A DNA stretch of 64,000 nt from the NCBI GenBank assembly GCA_965206595.1, contig OZ242214.1, positions 4,352,001-4,416,000 on the forward strand, given 5' to 3'. The translations under genes were made by a program, and so were the position numbers. Under the pieces are notes generated by a model. The model had not been told where the DNA came from, ran no database searches, and saw nothing but the letters and a program-made list of their open reading frames with translations. The stretch is from Candidatus Latescibacterota bacterium. GTDB taxonomy: Bacteria; Latescibacterota; UBA2968; UBA8231. Position 1 is the stretch's first letter. The number at the start of each line of letters is the position of its first letter. Shown piece after piece: positions 32,269-43,362 of this stretch.

Positions 32269-33033
32269 TTATGCCGCAAGCTCCTCCCGCACATCCTCAC
32301 GCTGGCTCCACATTACTGGTCTCACGTCGTAGCTTCGTAGAGCATCCAGAGCGGCCATAGGCACCGTCTGCTCCGAGTCATTCAGCAGTGCATACGCACG
32401 TGATTCGGGGGTACGCACCTCCTTCGTGTCGATCCAAGCGAGAACAACTGCCTGAGCAGTGTTGCGATTCGGTCGGTTGATTGACTGAATGATGCGCTCC
32501 GGCTGCTGCCGTGACTTCGGGATTACGAAATCGAACAAGTGGTCGTAACCGGTCCTTCCGGTGAATTTCACCTTTGGGGTATGCCGAATATCATGAACAT
32601 CCAGCCAACCAACGACGTCCTCGTAGAACAGGCTTGCCACCATGGGCACTCCCAGATAGAACATGTCATTAACGGCAAGCATTGCCTGTACGAGATTGTG
32701 TTTACGTAGCGCGAAATTATCGGCCGACGCATGGACCTGCAGCGCATTGCCATCCTTCTTCACACCGAAGCCGTTGAGTGTCATCCTGAGAAGTTCCTGA
32801 CGTTTGCGACTGTCGAGCTTGCAGCCGCTTTGCTTCAGGTCATCCATAATATATCCGTCGTCCGTCAATAAGAATCCCTCAGTGATCTTCCTGACGTAGA
32901 TCTGCACATAGTCGTTGTGCCGATCGAGATAGGGTGTTGTGATTTCGACCCACTGGTCAATTTGGTTCAGTACGGTTTTGTCTTTGAGCCAAGCAAAATA
33001 GGCATCGAGCTGCTTCTGAATGTCCTGAATCAT
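32269..33033 (-). CDS. DUF1828/DUF1829-like protein
   Basis: [18 protein letters not shown]...LTDDGY; C-terminal [16 protein letters not shown] (PD-(D/E)xK-like), AWIDT. Confidence 0.7.
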   Translation of the reverse strand: MIQDIQKQLDAYFAWLKDKTVLNQIDQWVEITTPYLDRHNDYVQIYVRKITEGFLLTDDGYIMDDLKQSGCKLDSRKRQELLRMTLNGFGVKKDGNALQVHASADNFALRKHNLVQAMLAVNDMFYLGVPMVASLFYEDVVGWLDVHDIRHTPKVKFTGRTGYDHLFDFVIPKSRQQPERIIQSINRPNRNTAQAVVLAWIDTKEVRTPESRAYALLNDSEQTVPMAALDALRSYDVRPVMWSQREDVREELAA

Positions 33034-33479
33034 GTGAAAAGCCCCCGATCTATGTAGGGCGGTAGTGTCACATTGCAAAACCGCAGAAAGTCTTCAAATG
33101 CCGTCCACACATCGGCTACCGAGCGGAACTGGTCCGTGGGCACAGGCCAAGCCCACCTGTCCCCGTAGCCTTCGCGGTAAACGTGGAGGTGGGACACGGG
33201 TATCTCTTCACCATCCGGATTACGATGTGGGGCACCGTCCAGGTCAAGGCGGACGAGCACAACGACTTGCCGTCCTCGCGTCTGCATCTTGACTTTTTGT
33301 AGATTGATACGGCCACGGCTCAGATCGAGAAGGAATTGCTCTCGCCTGTCAGCCGACTGAAGCGGCAGAACAACGGACTCTCCCCCCATTGGGAAGTCAG
33401 TCCGATTATCTGTTACGCGGTGTTTTTCCATGGCTATCAAAGCGTCCGCTTCCGCTTGAGTAAGGTTGATGTCCGCCAT
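33030..33479 (-). CDS. DUF6978-like protein
   Basis: [14 protein letters not shown]...FLLDLSRG...[29 protein letters not shown]; coupled to the downstream gene. Confidence 0.65.
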   Translation of the reverse strand: MADINLTQAEADALIAMEKHRVTDNRTDFPMGGESVVLPLQSADRREQFLLDLSRGRINLQKVKMQTRGRQVVVLVRLDLDGAPHRNPDGEEIPVSHLHVYREGYGDRWAWPVPTDQFRSVADVWTAFEDFLRFCNVTLPPYIDRGLFT

Positions 33480-33574
33480 CCGATCTTCAGCCTTGGAATT
33501 GATCCGGTTTGGTGGGAACCTTATTCCTTGATGAAAAGTCGCCCATCATGCCTAAGTCGCGTATCCCCTTATCC

Positions 33575-33720
33575 CGCTTTCCGTTTTATCGAGGGTTGGT
33601 ACAACCCCTATCACTGCCACTCCACCACTACTATATGTCGCCTATAAACTACGATAGGAGATGGTACGAACTTCTGGAAATCTCAAGTCCAAACCTGTCC
33701 ACCAAACCGGGGTAACTCCA
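33575..33720 (+). mobile_element. IS3-family remnant (transposase C-terminus plus right terminal repeat)
   Basis: FIEGWYNPYHCHS../YMSPINYDRR (cf. YIE.FYN..RRHS.LGY.SP..YE); ends CTGTCCACCAAACCGGGGTAACTCCA. Confidence 0.75.
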
Positions 33721-33774
33721 TTTATTCAACAATTCTTGAACTAGCCGTGAACATCCGCGTGGTTAGAGCAGGTG

Positions 33775-35355
33775 TTACTCTCTATTTTCATTCGAAAGGT
33801 CAACATAGACACGGATTGGTGGTCTCCCAGTGGATCCCTCCCCGCCGGATAATCCAGGTCCGCCCGTATTTCCGACATTACCCACCCTGCCAAAAAATAA
33901 GAAGCGCTCTAGACCATGAGCCGCATTCGTAGTTCCTCTCGGTATCTCGAACCGCAGGCACATCGTACCTGTCTCCTCATCTGGCACAGCATTTACTGTG
34001 TAATCTATCCCATCAACCAAAAGCATAACCTGATCTAGTGTCCATAGATTCTGGCTTATGCCAACATGATCTGCACCGTTTCCGGCAGCCTCCTGATAAC
34101 AGCGCCGAGCCTCTGGAAATTTTCCCATAGCTAGAAGTGCATTTCCCTTATTGAAAACGGCATCCCGAGAAATCGATATATGACCAGTCGCTTTGTCATA
34201 GTCGAGCAGAGCTTCATCGAATCTATAGAGGTCCGCTAGAGTGTTCCCTCGGTTGTAGTAATATTGCGGGTAATTGGAATTTAGATTTATCGCCTTGGTA
34301 TAGTCACTTAAAGAACCACCATAGTCTGCGAGAACAGCTTTGGAGTTGCCACGATTAAAATAAACTGTGTCCTGGATACTTCGGTGGAGTTGGCTAATGC
34401 GGGCAACAACTTCGTCATAGTCTTCTATGGCTTTTTGATGGCGCTCAGATGCTGAAAACGCATTGCCACGTAAGAGATAGGTTAAGCCTACATCGGGATC
34501 ACGTTCTATGGATCTGCTATACGCAACTATCGCCTCAGTGTACTCTTCTCCCTGATAGTACCGATTACCAATTTGTTCATACGTCTGTGGAGTATGAGGA
34601 GGGACCGTCTGTCGATCAAGATCTGGGGCAAGTTTTGTACCACTAGCTTGAGCAAAGCCATAAACGTCTAGGAATAGGGATTCCTGGTGGAAATCAAGGG
34701 TCTTTAGCTCGGTTAAAAGTGATTTCTTATCCTCTTTCGAGACAATTATTTGCCCTATAATCTCCTTACCGGCAGGTATCAGTGGTCGGCCAATGATGAA
34801 AACACTACGCTGCCGGAGAATCCTAGTTACCACGTCGCCGCTCATCATTGGTTCCCAATATGACAAATGAGGAGGTCCAGCGGTGCCTAAAAAAACGGCG
34901 GTGATTTCCTGGGCCTTCACATCGCTGGAGATCTTGGCAACTCTTATTGCATCGTTCGTGTTGACTACAAAGACTATTCCGTCAAAACCGGGGTCTTCGC
35001 ATGCGAACCACAAGGCGACAAGAGGGCTCCATGTAAAATCGAGCAACCCTGTCGCCGCACCAAAGTGCTGCAATTTTGCTAGCAATTGCAGGTCAGATAA
35101 CCGATCCCCTGATTCATTACCGAACCCTCGAGTTCGTGCCGGTTCGATAAGTGTATCCCGATGGTAGTTAAGGTATCGCTGTGGAAAATCCGGGTCCAGA
35201 ACTATGTCGTCATTGCCATGTTCTGCAATCAATCGACGCGTAGCCGCTGAGTACAGTGGCCACCGTGAATTTTCCTGTCCCCGGTAGGCATAGATACCAG
35301 CTATTTGAGTAGCTTCAATTAGCTGGACGAGATATTTCTCAACAGTGCTGGTCAT
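33775..35355 (-). CDS. FRG-domain protein with C-terminal TPRs
   Basis: YAYRGQ..., LQHFGAATGLLDFTWSPLVALWFAC, RILRQRSVF; then TPRs (YFNRGNSKA..DY..S..DYTKAINLN). Confidence 0.85.
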   Translation of the reverse strand: MTSTVEKYLVQLIEATQIAGIYAYRGQENSRWPLYSAATRRLIAEHGNDDIVLDPDFPQRYLNYHRDTLIEPARTRGFGNESGDRLSDLQLLAKLQHFGAATGLLDFTWSPLVALWFACEDPGFDGIVFVVNTNDAIRVAKISSDVKAQEITAVFLGTAGPPHLSYWEPMMSGDVVTRILRQRSVFIIGRPLIPAGKEIIGQIIVSKEDKKSLLTELKTLDFHQESLFLDVYGFAQASGTKLAPDLDRQTVPPHTPQTYEQIGNRYYQGEEYTEAIVAYSRSIERDPDVGLTYLLRGNAFSASERHQKAIEDYDEVVARISQLHRSIQDTVYFNRGNSKAVLADYGGSLSDYTKAINLNSNYPQYYYNRGNTLADLYRFDEALLDYDKATGHISISRDAVFNKGNALLAMGKFPEARRCYQEAAGNGADHVGISQNLWTLDQVMLLVDGIDYTVNAVPDEETGTMCLRFEIPRGTTNAAHGLERFLFFGRVGNVGNTGGPGLSGGEGSTGRPPIRVYVDLSNENRE

Positions 35356-35456
35356 GATTACTACCTGTCAGAAGCACATTGAGGGTCACCATCTCCCCCG
35401 ACACTAGCTTTGGCAGCAATGCATCCCGCTGTGCGGCCAGAGCGTGGGACTCCCTC
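35339..35456 (-). pseudogene. hsdS 3' stub
   Basis: RESHALAAQRDALLPKLVSGEM versus hsdS DSRTLIYQRDALLPRLVSGAV (36548-36610); its tail overlaps the FRG-gene start. Confidence 0.88.
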
Positions 35457-35476
35457 CCGTTCAACACGAACCGTTT

Positions 35477-35496
35477 GATTCGGTGAGGGTGGTCAT
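35477..35496 (-). repeat. hsdR 5' stub (20 nt)
   Basis: ATGACCACCCTCACCGAATC, identical to the 31750 stub; ATGA-overlapped with the stop of the upstream gene, as for the real hsdR. Confidence 0.8.
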
Positions 35497-36482
35497 GGCT
35501 CGTCTTTAATCGAGACCACGATGGGTGATCTCGTTGTGACTTCCACGATTGCAAAGCCCATTCGACTGAGATCCCTGCTCAAGCAATGATCTTCTTGCAA
35601 GGACTCAATCATCTCGGCCGACGGATTCAAGCTGTCCAGTAGAACCAGTTGAAATTCCATTTCGCCGGGCACGTCAACTCCCTTGGCCTTCAATTGCGCC
35701 CGCAACTCAAGAGGCTGGCGGTAGAAGTATGCTTCATGCTGTCCTACTTCGTGCAGGAGTTTATGTCCCCATACTCTGCAAAGAGTGCTACTACCATCAG
35801 ACATCGTCCCCATGCCGAGCGGTGCGATAGCATGCCCTTCCACGTCAGTGATGAGATTAGCGTTTTTCCTCCTCAGCTCCCTTTTTTCACCGTCTGTTAC
35901 CATACTTCCACCGACACCATGAAGCACGCGGGCGAAAGTTAATTCCGGCCAATTCGAGTGTACGATACTTAGAAGATCTTGCCTCACCCATAGAAGATCT
36001 TCGGGATCGCGGTGCTTTCTTACGTCAACGAAAAGTACGTCTTCATCGGCTATGATCGCAAAGAGCAGATAATCTGATCGTTGGACAAACTCAGATTCCT
36101 CGTATTTTCTGCTTAGATGAAAATGATGCATACCGTAATCCCACAAGAGCCCGTCTTTACTTGTAGAACAATTAACCTTTTTGCTCAGATACGGCGTAAC
36201 ACTCTCACCTTTAGCAAAGAGGTAACGGAGGCGGAAAACTGCTCCCCATGCCGCTTTTGCCTTTTCGCGTTGTTCGGGAGGTGTTTCGCGGATGAGTTTG
36301 TCTAACGAATCGTTTAGCTCGTTGGAGAAATGTACCTCCCGAGGCTTTGGGACAATCCTTCTTATCTGCATCTCATAGTAACGGGCTGTTAAGTCACTAG
36401 CCTCAGCGTTATCTTCGTAGGAGATGCCTTCCGTAGAAAAATAATGTTTGATAATGTGGATCAGATCAGATTTGAAATCCAT
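35493..36482 (-). CDS. Hypothetical protein (AT-richer cargo gene)
   Basis: 329-codon ORF directly after hsdS; DGLLWDYGMHHFHL...RSDYLLF motif. Confidence 0.7.
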   Translation of the reverse strand: MDFKSDLIHIIKHYFSTEGISYEDNAEASDLTARYYEMQIRRIVPKPREVHFSNELNDSLDKLIRETPPEQREKAKAAWGAVFRLRYLFAKGESVTPYLSKKVNCSTSKDGLLWDYGMHHFHLSRKYEESEFVQRSDYLLFAIIADEDVLFVDVRKHRDPEDLLWVRQDLLSIVHSNWPELTFARVLHGVGGSMVTDGEKRELRRKNANLITDVEGHAIAPLGMGTMSDGSSTLCRVWGHKLLHEVGQHEAYFYRQPLELRAQLKAKGVDVPGEMEFQLVLLDSLNPSAEMIESLQEDHCLSRDLSRMGFAIVEVTTRSPIVVSIKDEP

Positions 36483-36490
36483 TTCCGACC

Positions 36491-38158
36491 CTACTGCACT
36501 TGTGTGCTCATGGAAGAAAATCGAGACCCTAGGGAACATGTAACCCGCACCGCCCCCGACACCAGCCGCGGCAGCAGGGCATCCCGCTGGTAGATGAGAG
36601 TACGGGAGTCTGAAACATTGGACCGGATACGTTTGTCCATTGATTGAACCTGGGTTTCATACCAATCAACCAACTCGGCTGGGGGCTCAACCATCCGCAA
36701 GGCTTCAAGCTGACTCTTTGTAATGGACCCAAACACCGTCCCAGTATGCTCGTACTGCTGTATTTCTCCTTGCAACGCCCAAGCCGAGTAGTAGGTAAAG
36801 GAAGTAGAACCGGAACTATGCTGCAGAGTAGCGACGCCGCGACCAATGCAGCACTGCTCCCAAGCAACGTTTATTGCGCCAACGGGGGCCCTGACGCTGA
36901 CAAGCGTGTCGTCAGGACGAGCCACCCGTGTAGGAGCTGTACAGTACTTTCTTTTTTCGGGATACCGGAATCCAAAGTCGGCGTTCCCTTGAAAGAATGG
37001 CAACCCTTTCCCATAATCGTTGTAGGTACTGCCGGGAGGTGATTGGCCCATCGTCACGTTGAAGCAGTCCCCTATCGCCTTTACCTCCCAGCCCTTCGGG
37101 ATTTTCCCAAGTTCCGACGGCACCAGCCGTTCGGGAAAGAGGTCGTAGTACTCCGCAGGCAGGCCAGGCAGCGACTCGTCCCCCCGCCAGCAGCCCTCCA
37201 TCTTTGCGCGGACCGGATCGAAGTCGACGAACCACGACTTGAACAGCGCCCGCGCCATCTCCTCCAGCGTCTCGTTCATACGCCGGTTCAGCTCGATCCT
37301 GTCGTCCAGTGATCCCAGCACATGGGCAATTGCCCGCTGCTCAGCTAAGTCTGTCGGTGCCCTCACTTGAAACGATTCGATCATCTGCTTCGTAAGCGCA
37401 TTTCGGGTGGCACCCGAACCCGCCCACGATAAGAGCATTTCCTGGACTTCCGGTGCAGCCAAGTAGTAGCGCAGATATGCCGCATCCAATTTGTCGGAGT
37501 CTGGTCGGATGATCGCTACGTGTTGGTTCACGCGAGCCGGTAGGACGGTTGTATCGACTTGGCATACACGTGCGACGGAATCCCCGGTGATGTTCAGGAG
37601 TACATCATCGGGCAAGACTTCTACGTTGTGGAGAGCCTCAGCGTACTCGTCGCTGATAAAAGCCAAGCCGTCACGAGCGAATCCGTCGTTGTAGACGTTC
37701 TGACTCCGAATAAGGGCGAAGGGGCCGTCTTCCAGATAGACTTCCTTGCCGCCGCGTGGCGTCGAACCGCTACCAATTTTCGTACACACATCACCTAGCG
37801 TCACCTTACCCCATTCACCCGACAAGCCCGCACTGCCTGCACTCACCCCCTCCCGCACCACCACATAGTTCTGCTCTATCTCTTGGTGGAAGCTCTCGGG
37901 CAATCTTGCCCAATCGTGCGTCTGCACAAGGATGGGGACGTTCGAATCCTCCAACGCCTCAATCAGACCGGCCAGTGGGCCGCTAGGTATCCGCTTTAAA
38001 TCCGGACCTCTCACCACCAAGTCTAGATCGCTGCCCTCGTGGCTCTCGCCGTTGACGCGGCTGCCGTAAGCCCAGACCTCCGCCTCGGGCACATGTTCGC
38101 GCAGCAGCGCCTCAACGATGCGTCGGTATCGCAGCGGGAGATCCAATCTGTCAGTCAT
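36491..38158 (-). CDS. hsdS: MNT nucleotidyltransferase fused to Type I specificity subunit HsdS
   Basis: N-terminal VWAYGS-RVNGESHEGS-DLD (GSX10DXD); then EW..VTLGD, GSGSTP, EQRAIAHVLGSLDDRIELNRRMNETLE.MARALFKSWFVDFDPV, IPKGWEV, GQSP, RDALLPRLVSG in one frame. Confidence 0.92.
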   Translation of the reverse strand: MTDRLDLPLRYRRIVEALLREHVPEAEVWAYGSRVNGESHEGSDLDLVVRGPDLKRIPSGPLAGLIEALEDSNVPILVQTHDWARLPESFHQEIEQNYVVVREGVSAGSAGLSGEWGKVTLGDVCTKIGSGSTPRGGKEVYLEDGPFALIRSQNVYNDGFARDGLAFISDEYAEALHNVEVLPDDVLLNITGDSVARVCQVDTTVLPARVNQHVAIIRPDSDKLDAAYLRYYLAAPEVQEMLLSWAGSGATRNALTKQMIESFQVRAPTDLAEQRAIAHVLGSLDDRIELNRRMNETLEEMARALFKSWFVDFDPVRAKMEGCWRGDESLPGLPAEYYDLFPERLVPSELGKIPKGWEVKAIGDCFNVTMGQSPPGSTYNDYGKGLPFFQGNADFGFRYPEKRKYCTAPTRVARPDDTLVSVRAPVGAINVAWEQCCIGRGVATLQHSSGSTSFTYYSAWALQGEIQQYEHTGTVFGSITKSQLEALRMVEPPAELVDWYETQVQSMDKRIRSNVSDSRTLIYQRDALLPRLVSGAVRVTCSLGSRFSSMSTQVQ

Positions 38159-38573
38159 CGGCACCCTCCGCTATGATTCTTGCCAACTCCCTGGCGTCGG
38201 CGATGAAATCCGGCAACAATTTGAGCGTTGTTTCGGCGAACTTCTCTCCGTAGTCGTGGGCCGTGTCGTTCCTGTTGTCCCGGTAGGCGAACCAGCGCTC
38301 GCAGACGTCCACGGATATGAGGCCATGCTTGGCGGCGCGCCGGAAGGCGTTTTTGAAGGTCAGCTTGTCCGCCTGTCTATTGCTGGCGAAATAGGGGCTC
38401 AGACGCTTCTTCAGCAGGCTGCCGGACTGCTCCAGCACAATCTCGAACTCTTTGACGGAAGCCGCCCTGAAGATGTCGTAGAAAGTGTCGGACGGTTCGT
38501 ACTGCTGCAGTTGCTCGAAGGCCGACTCCAGGGTATTGATGCAGCGAGTGAGAAAGTCCGTGTTGATTGGCAT
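38151..38573 (-). CDS. HEPN protein (HI0074 nucleotidyltransferase substrate-binding family), likely RNase toxin
   Basis: RAASVKEFEIVLEQSGSLLKK; W..YRDN-RNDTAHDY matches RX4HXY; overlaps the MNT-HsdS start. Confidence 0.88.
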   Translation of the reverse strand: MPINTDFLTRCINTLESAFEQLQQYEPSDTFYDIFRAASVKEFEIVLEQSGSLLKKRLSPYFASNRQADKLTFKNAFRRAAKHGLISVDVCERWFAYRDNRNDTAHDYGEKFAETTLKLLPDFIADARELARIIAEGADD

Positions 38574-38609
38574 GTCCTATTCTCCCGCCCTCCATACTTG
38601 GTCAGATCG

Positions 38610-38942
38610 CTATTCTCCGTACATCTCTGAAATAAGGCGCCGGAGTTGGCCGGCTGCTTCGGCGGACAATTTGTCGATCTGGTCCCTCAGTCGCTTGCTG
38701 ATGGTGCGGATCTGGTCCACGGCAATTTCAGCTTTCTTGCTCGCGCATTGGATTTGCAGCCGGCTCCGCCACTGAGGATGCAACGCGTAGGTGAGAGGAC
38801 AGACGACAACCGTATCGAGGAACTGATTCATCTCATTCTGACTGACCACGACCACCGGCCGCACCTTGCGGATTTCCCCTTCCACGGTGGGATTGAGATC
38901 GGCAAAGTAGATGGCGTATCGCTGCGGAAAAACCGCCATCAA
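38610..38942 (-). CDS. PemK/MazF toxin
   Basis: ADLNPTVEGEIRKVRPVVVVSQNEMN..LDTVVVCPLT...DQIRTISKR. Confidence 0.9.
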   Translation of the reverse strand: MMAVFPQRYAIYFADLNPTVEGEIRKVRPVVVVSQNEMNQFLDTVVVCPLTYALHPQWRSRLQIQCASKKAEIAVDQIRTISKRLRDQIDKLSAEAAGQLRRLISEMYGE

Positions 38943-39181
38943 TCGAGACCATCGGCGACTGTGGCGTCGAGATCGCTCCAGTCTTCACGGTCGGATGCCA
39001 TTGCGCGGTAGGTTTCTTTCCAGGAGAGCTTGTTCTTTTCGTTGCTGTAGAGGAAGATTCCCTCCTCGGTTTCTTCGAGGAGAAGGGAGTCTCCCCAGCC
39101 GTATTTTTGCAGCAGGATCTTTGGGATGCGGATGCCCTTCGAGTTGCCGATGTCGATCAGTTTGATATCTCTGGTTGCCAT
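38939..39181 (-). CDS. AbrB/MazE/SpoVT antitoxin
   Basis: KLIDIGNSKGIRIPK swapped-hairpin motif; overlaps the toxin start. Confidence 0.88.
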   Translation of the reverse strand: MATRDIKLIDIGNSKGIRIPKILLQKYGWGDSLLLEETEEGIFLYSNEKNKLSWKETYRAMASDREDWSDLDATVADGLD

Positions 39182-39210
39182 TGCCTGGAGTTTCTCCTGA
39201 AAGAAACACT

Positions 39211-39228
39211 GTAATTCCAGTAATTACT
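39211..39228. promoter_or_regulatory. Putative abrB-pemK operator
   Basis: Palindrome AGTAATTACT (39219-39228) preceded by a second GTAATT half-site. Confidence 0.4.
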
Positions 39229-39240
39229 TGTTGAGTGGTG

Positions 39241-39318
39241 TCAAGCCTGCCAGCGGATGCGCTCCATCCAGGCGAAGGCGATTTGTGCGCCGTCGGCTTC
39301 GGTGACGTTGATGGTCAT
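39241..39318 (-). pseudogene. Older, more diverged hsdR 5' stub (25 codons)
   Basis: MTINVTEADGAQIAFAWMERIRWQA* keeps the MT..TE.D..Q.A..W.....W spacing of hsdR; GAGGG RBS. Confidence 0.6.
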
Positions 39319-39408
39319 GGTCCCTCGCTAACCCAGGTTCGAATCGTTTATTCGGTCACACTCCGGGAGTCATCCCGCAGAGGCGGGCTTACCCCGGATG
39401 GTCATTGC

Positions 39409-39498
39409 CACCAGGTCCAGGTCGCTCCCCCTCATGGCTCTCGCCATAGACCCGGCTGCCCAGTGCCCAGACCTCAGGGGCACATGCTCACGCAGCAG
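39409..39498 (-). pseudogene. Stub of the MNT domain of an MNT(-HsdS) gene
   Basis: LLREHVP/EVWALGSRVYGESHEGSDLDLV versus LLREHVPEAEVWAYGSRVNGESHEGSDLDLV at 38015-38107. Confidence 0.9.
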
Positions 39499-39655
39499 TC
39501 ACAGCCTCGCCAATGATCTCGAACTCGCGCTCTACCGCGGCTCGCAGCATGGCGTCGCGCTGATAATCGTCAAAGGTCTGTCCGGTAACGAATTCATCCA
39601 ATAAGCGCGCAGCTTTGTGGATGTCATACAGGTATTTCCGAGCTTCAAGCCGCAT
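39488..39655 (-). pseudogene. DUF86/HepT HEPN toxin, truncated before the RX4H motif
   Basis: MRLEARKYLYDIHKAA...FDDYQRDAMLRAAVEREFEIIGEAV, then joins the MNT stub and stops. Confidence 0.82.
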
Positions 39656-39953
39656 AGAGCCGTGTCCTGGTCTCTTCGACTCGTTGACGGAAGAAGGGGT
39701 TCTTTATGGCGGAATCAACGACGAGGTCCACAGGATGCCCGAAGAGGGATTCCAGAGCCTCCAACAGCCCGAAGTAGGCGTCGGCATAGGCTCGGAAAGC
39801 CTCCGGCCGAAACTCCACCACGAAGTCCAGGTCGCTCACCTCCTGGCGGTGTTCGCCGGTAACAGCCGAGCCGAACAGGTCCAGCCGCGACACGTTGTAG
39901 CGGACGCAAAGCTGTTCCAGTTCGCCGACCCGTTTCTCGACAATAGGTATCAT
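39645..39953 (-). CDS. MNT nucleotidyltransferase antitoxin
   Basis: LCVRYNVSRLDLFGSA.....SDLDFVVEF..YFGLLEALESLFGHPVDLV..IKNPFF. Confidence 0.88.
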   Translation of the reverse strand: MIPIVEKRVGELEQLCVRYNVSRLDLFGSAVTGEHRQEVSDLDFVVEFRPEAFRAYADAYFGLLEALESLFGHPVDLVVDSAIKNPFFRQRVEETRTRLYAA

Positions 39954-39992
39954 CGGACGCTCTCCTGATATAGTGGTCTTTCCAGCCATTAA

Positions 39993-41734
39993 TCACGACT
40001 TGAACGGCCGGTACTCGACCAGTGCCGACCGTCCCACGATTTCCACGATCCGCGCGGTCATCTCGACGCCGTTGACATCGGTGAGCCTCAGGTCTTCCCC
40101 AGGTACAAAATGCACCGGCTGCTGCTGGCCCTGGTTGATGGCGATGTTCGAGGCGTAGAGATAGGTCCGGTCGTGGGTGTCTCGTTTAGGATTCAGACGC
40201 CCCTTGAGCCCGGGAATGTCACCGGTTGCCTCGGGAAGAATCACCGCGCCGCCGCCGGAAAGGGGTTTGAGTTCCACGGCCAACGCACCATCCCCCGGGA
40301 CCCACCCAAGTTCAAGGTGTGCGGCAAAGCCCTTGGCGGCGACGTACACCGTCATGGGAAGGTCCGTCGCGTACAAGTCCATCGCCGCTTCTCCGTTCGC
40401 GTCTGTCATGGCTCGTTTCCAAGTGTTGTTGGGAAACAGCGCCAGTAAATCGGCTCCCGCGACCGGCCGATCATCTCGACGAACCGTCACCGCGACAGTG
40501 GCTGGCGTGGCATTCGTGGCCGCGGCGGGAAGCGTCAGGAAGAGGTCTGACTCAGCAAGAATCCAATACTTGGCGGTTTTCCCGCTCAACGCCTCGGTCT
40601 CGCGCAGGATAATGGGAACGCCATCGCCGCGACGCTCCATGAAGAATTGACGCTTTTCGGACCCGGGAATGTCGCCAACGGGCATTCGTCCGAGCGCGGA
40701 TGCGATGGTTTCGTTGCGCGTCGCTTGCCGAGCTGCCATGCTGTCGATGGTGAGATTGTTCGCCAGTCCACCCGGCGAATTGATTTCTATGCGGTCTGCA
40801 AACATGGACATTCGAATTCGGCTGCCGCGGATCGAATAGTCCCGATGGGCGACGGCATTCACCATCGCTTCGAAAAGTGCTTCGGCACTGTACTGAGGAA
40901 GGTCCATGCGGGCAGGTTTCTTGTACGCCCCAACGCGCATGTTGCGCATCACAAAAGCCATTGCGTCCGCCACCTGCTGGTTGATCGGACCCGTGATGAT
41001 CCGCGCATCCAGTTGGCCGGATGCCCGGTCCTTCCCGCGATAGTGGGTCGCGGTAACGCAAGCGTTGGGAAGCCACTGCTCGGGGGTGTGGGTACACAGG
41101 AGAATCCCCGCCACCGTGGCTCTCACTGCGCCGTTCTCATCCCTGCCCAACAGCGCGAGTTTTTCCAGTGCCGTTTCGGGACCGGCCCGTCCGCTCGCGC
41201 TGAGCAGCGGCTTCCAAAGTGTTTCCTCCAGCGTGCGGAATCCGGTATTCGGCACGGGCTGCTCGTCGAACCAGCGATAACGCGCCTGGCCGCGCTGTTG
41301 AGCCAATCGCATTCGCTCGTCGCTGGCCATCTGGCGTTTGGAACTGCCGACGCGCCGGAAGCTGCCACCCGGACTGTCGTACTGCGCGGTGCCTTTGGCT
41401 ACTGTGACGGCCAACAGTGCTTTGTCGTCGAGTTTGTGGCGGGTAATGGCTACGTCGAAGAGCGGTGGCTTGATCGAGTGGGAACACAACTCGACCACCA
41501 TGCGTTCCAAAGCGTTCATTTGTTCTCGCGACATGCCCTGTACTTCACCGGCGTCGGTGACACCACAGAGCAGCACACCGCCGCCGGCATTGGCAAAAGC
41601 CGCTATTTCATCTGCCAAGTCGTTTCGTTTTGGTGCCGTCGGACGGTCGGCGCGGAACTCGACCTGCTTGAACTCCCAGTAGCTATCCTCACCTGAATCC
41701 AGTTGGCGTTGGATATCGTCTGTGTCCATACGCA

Positions 41735-41738
<4 letters not shown>
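39993..41738 (-). CDS. Schlafen/AlbA_2 + RecG-C (HATPase_c_4) protein with a beta-rich C-terminal domain
   Basis: [27 protein letters not shown]; [39 protein letters not shown]; tail [26 protein letters not shown]. Confidence 0.78.
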
Positions 41739-43336
<1,598 letters not shown>

Positions 43337-43362
43337 ATAGCTGATTCCTGCGTTTTTGTAAC

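Noticed and set aside
33440-33479. [12 protein letters not shown] as a further hsdR-start stub
   Set aside because: It is the normal N-terminus of an intact DUF6978-like ORF; the similarity is weak.
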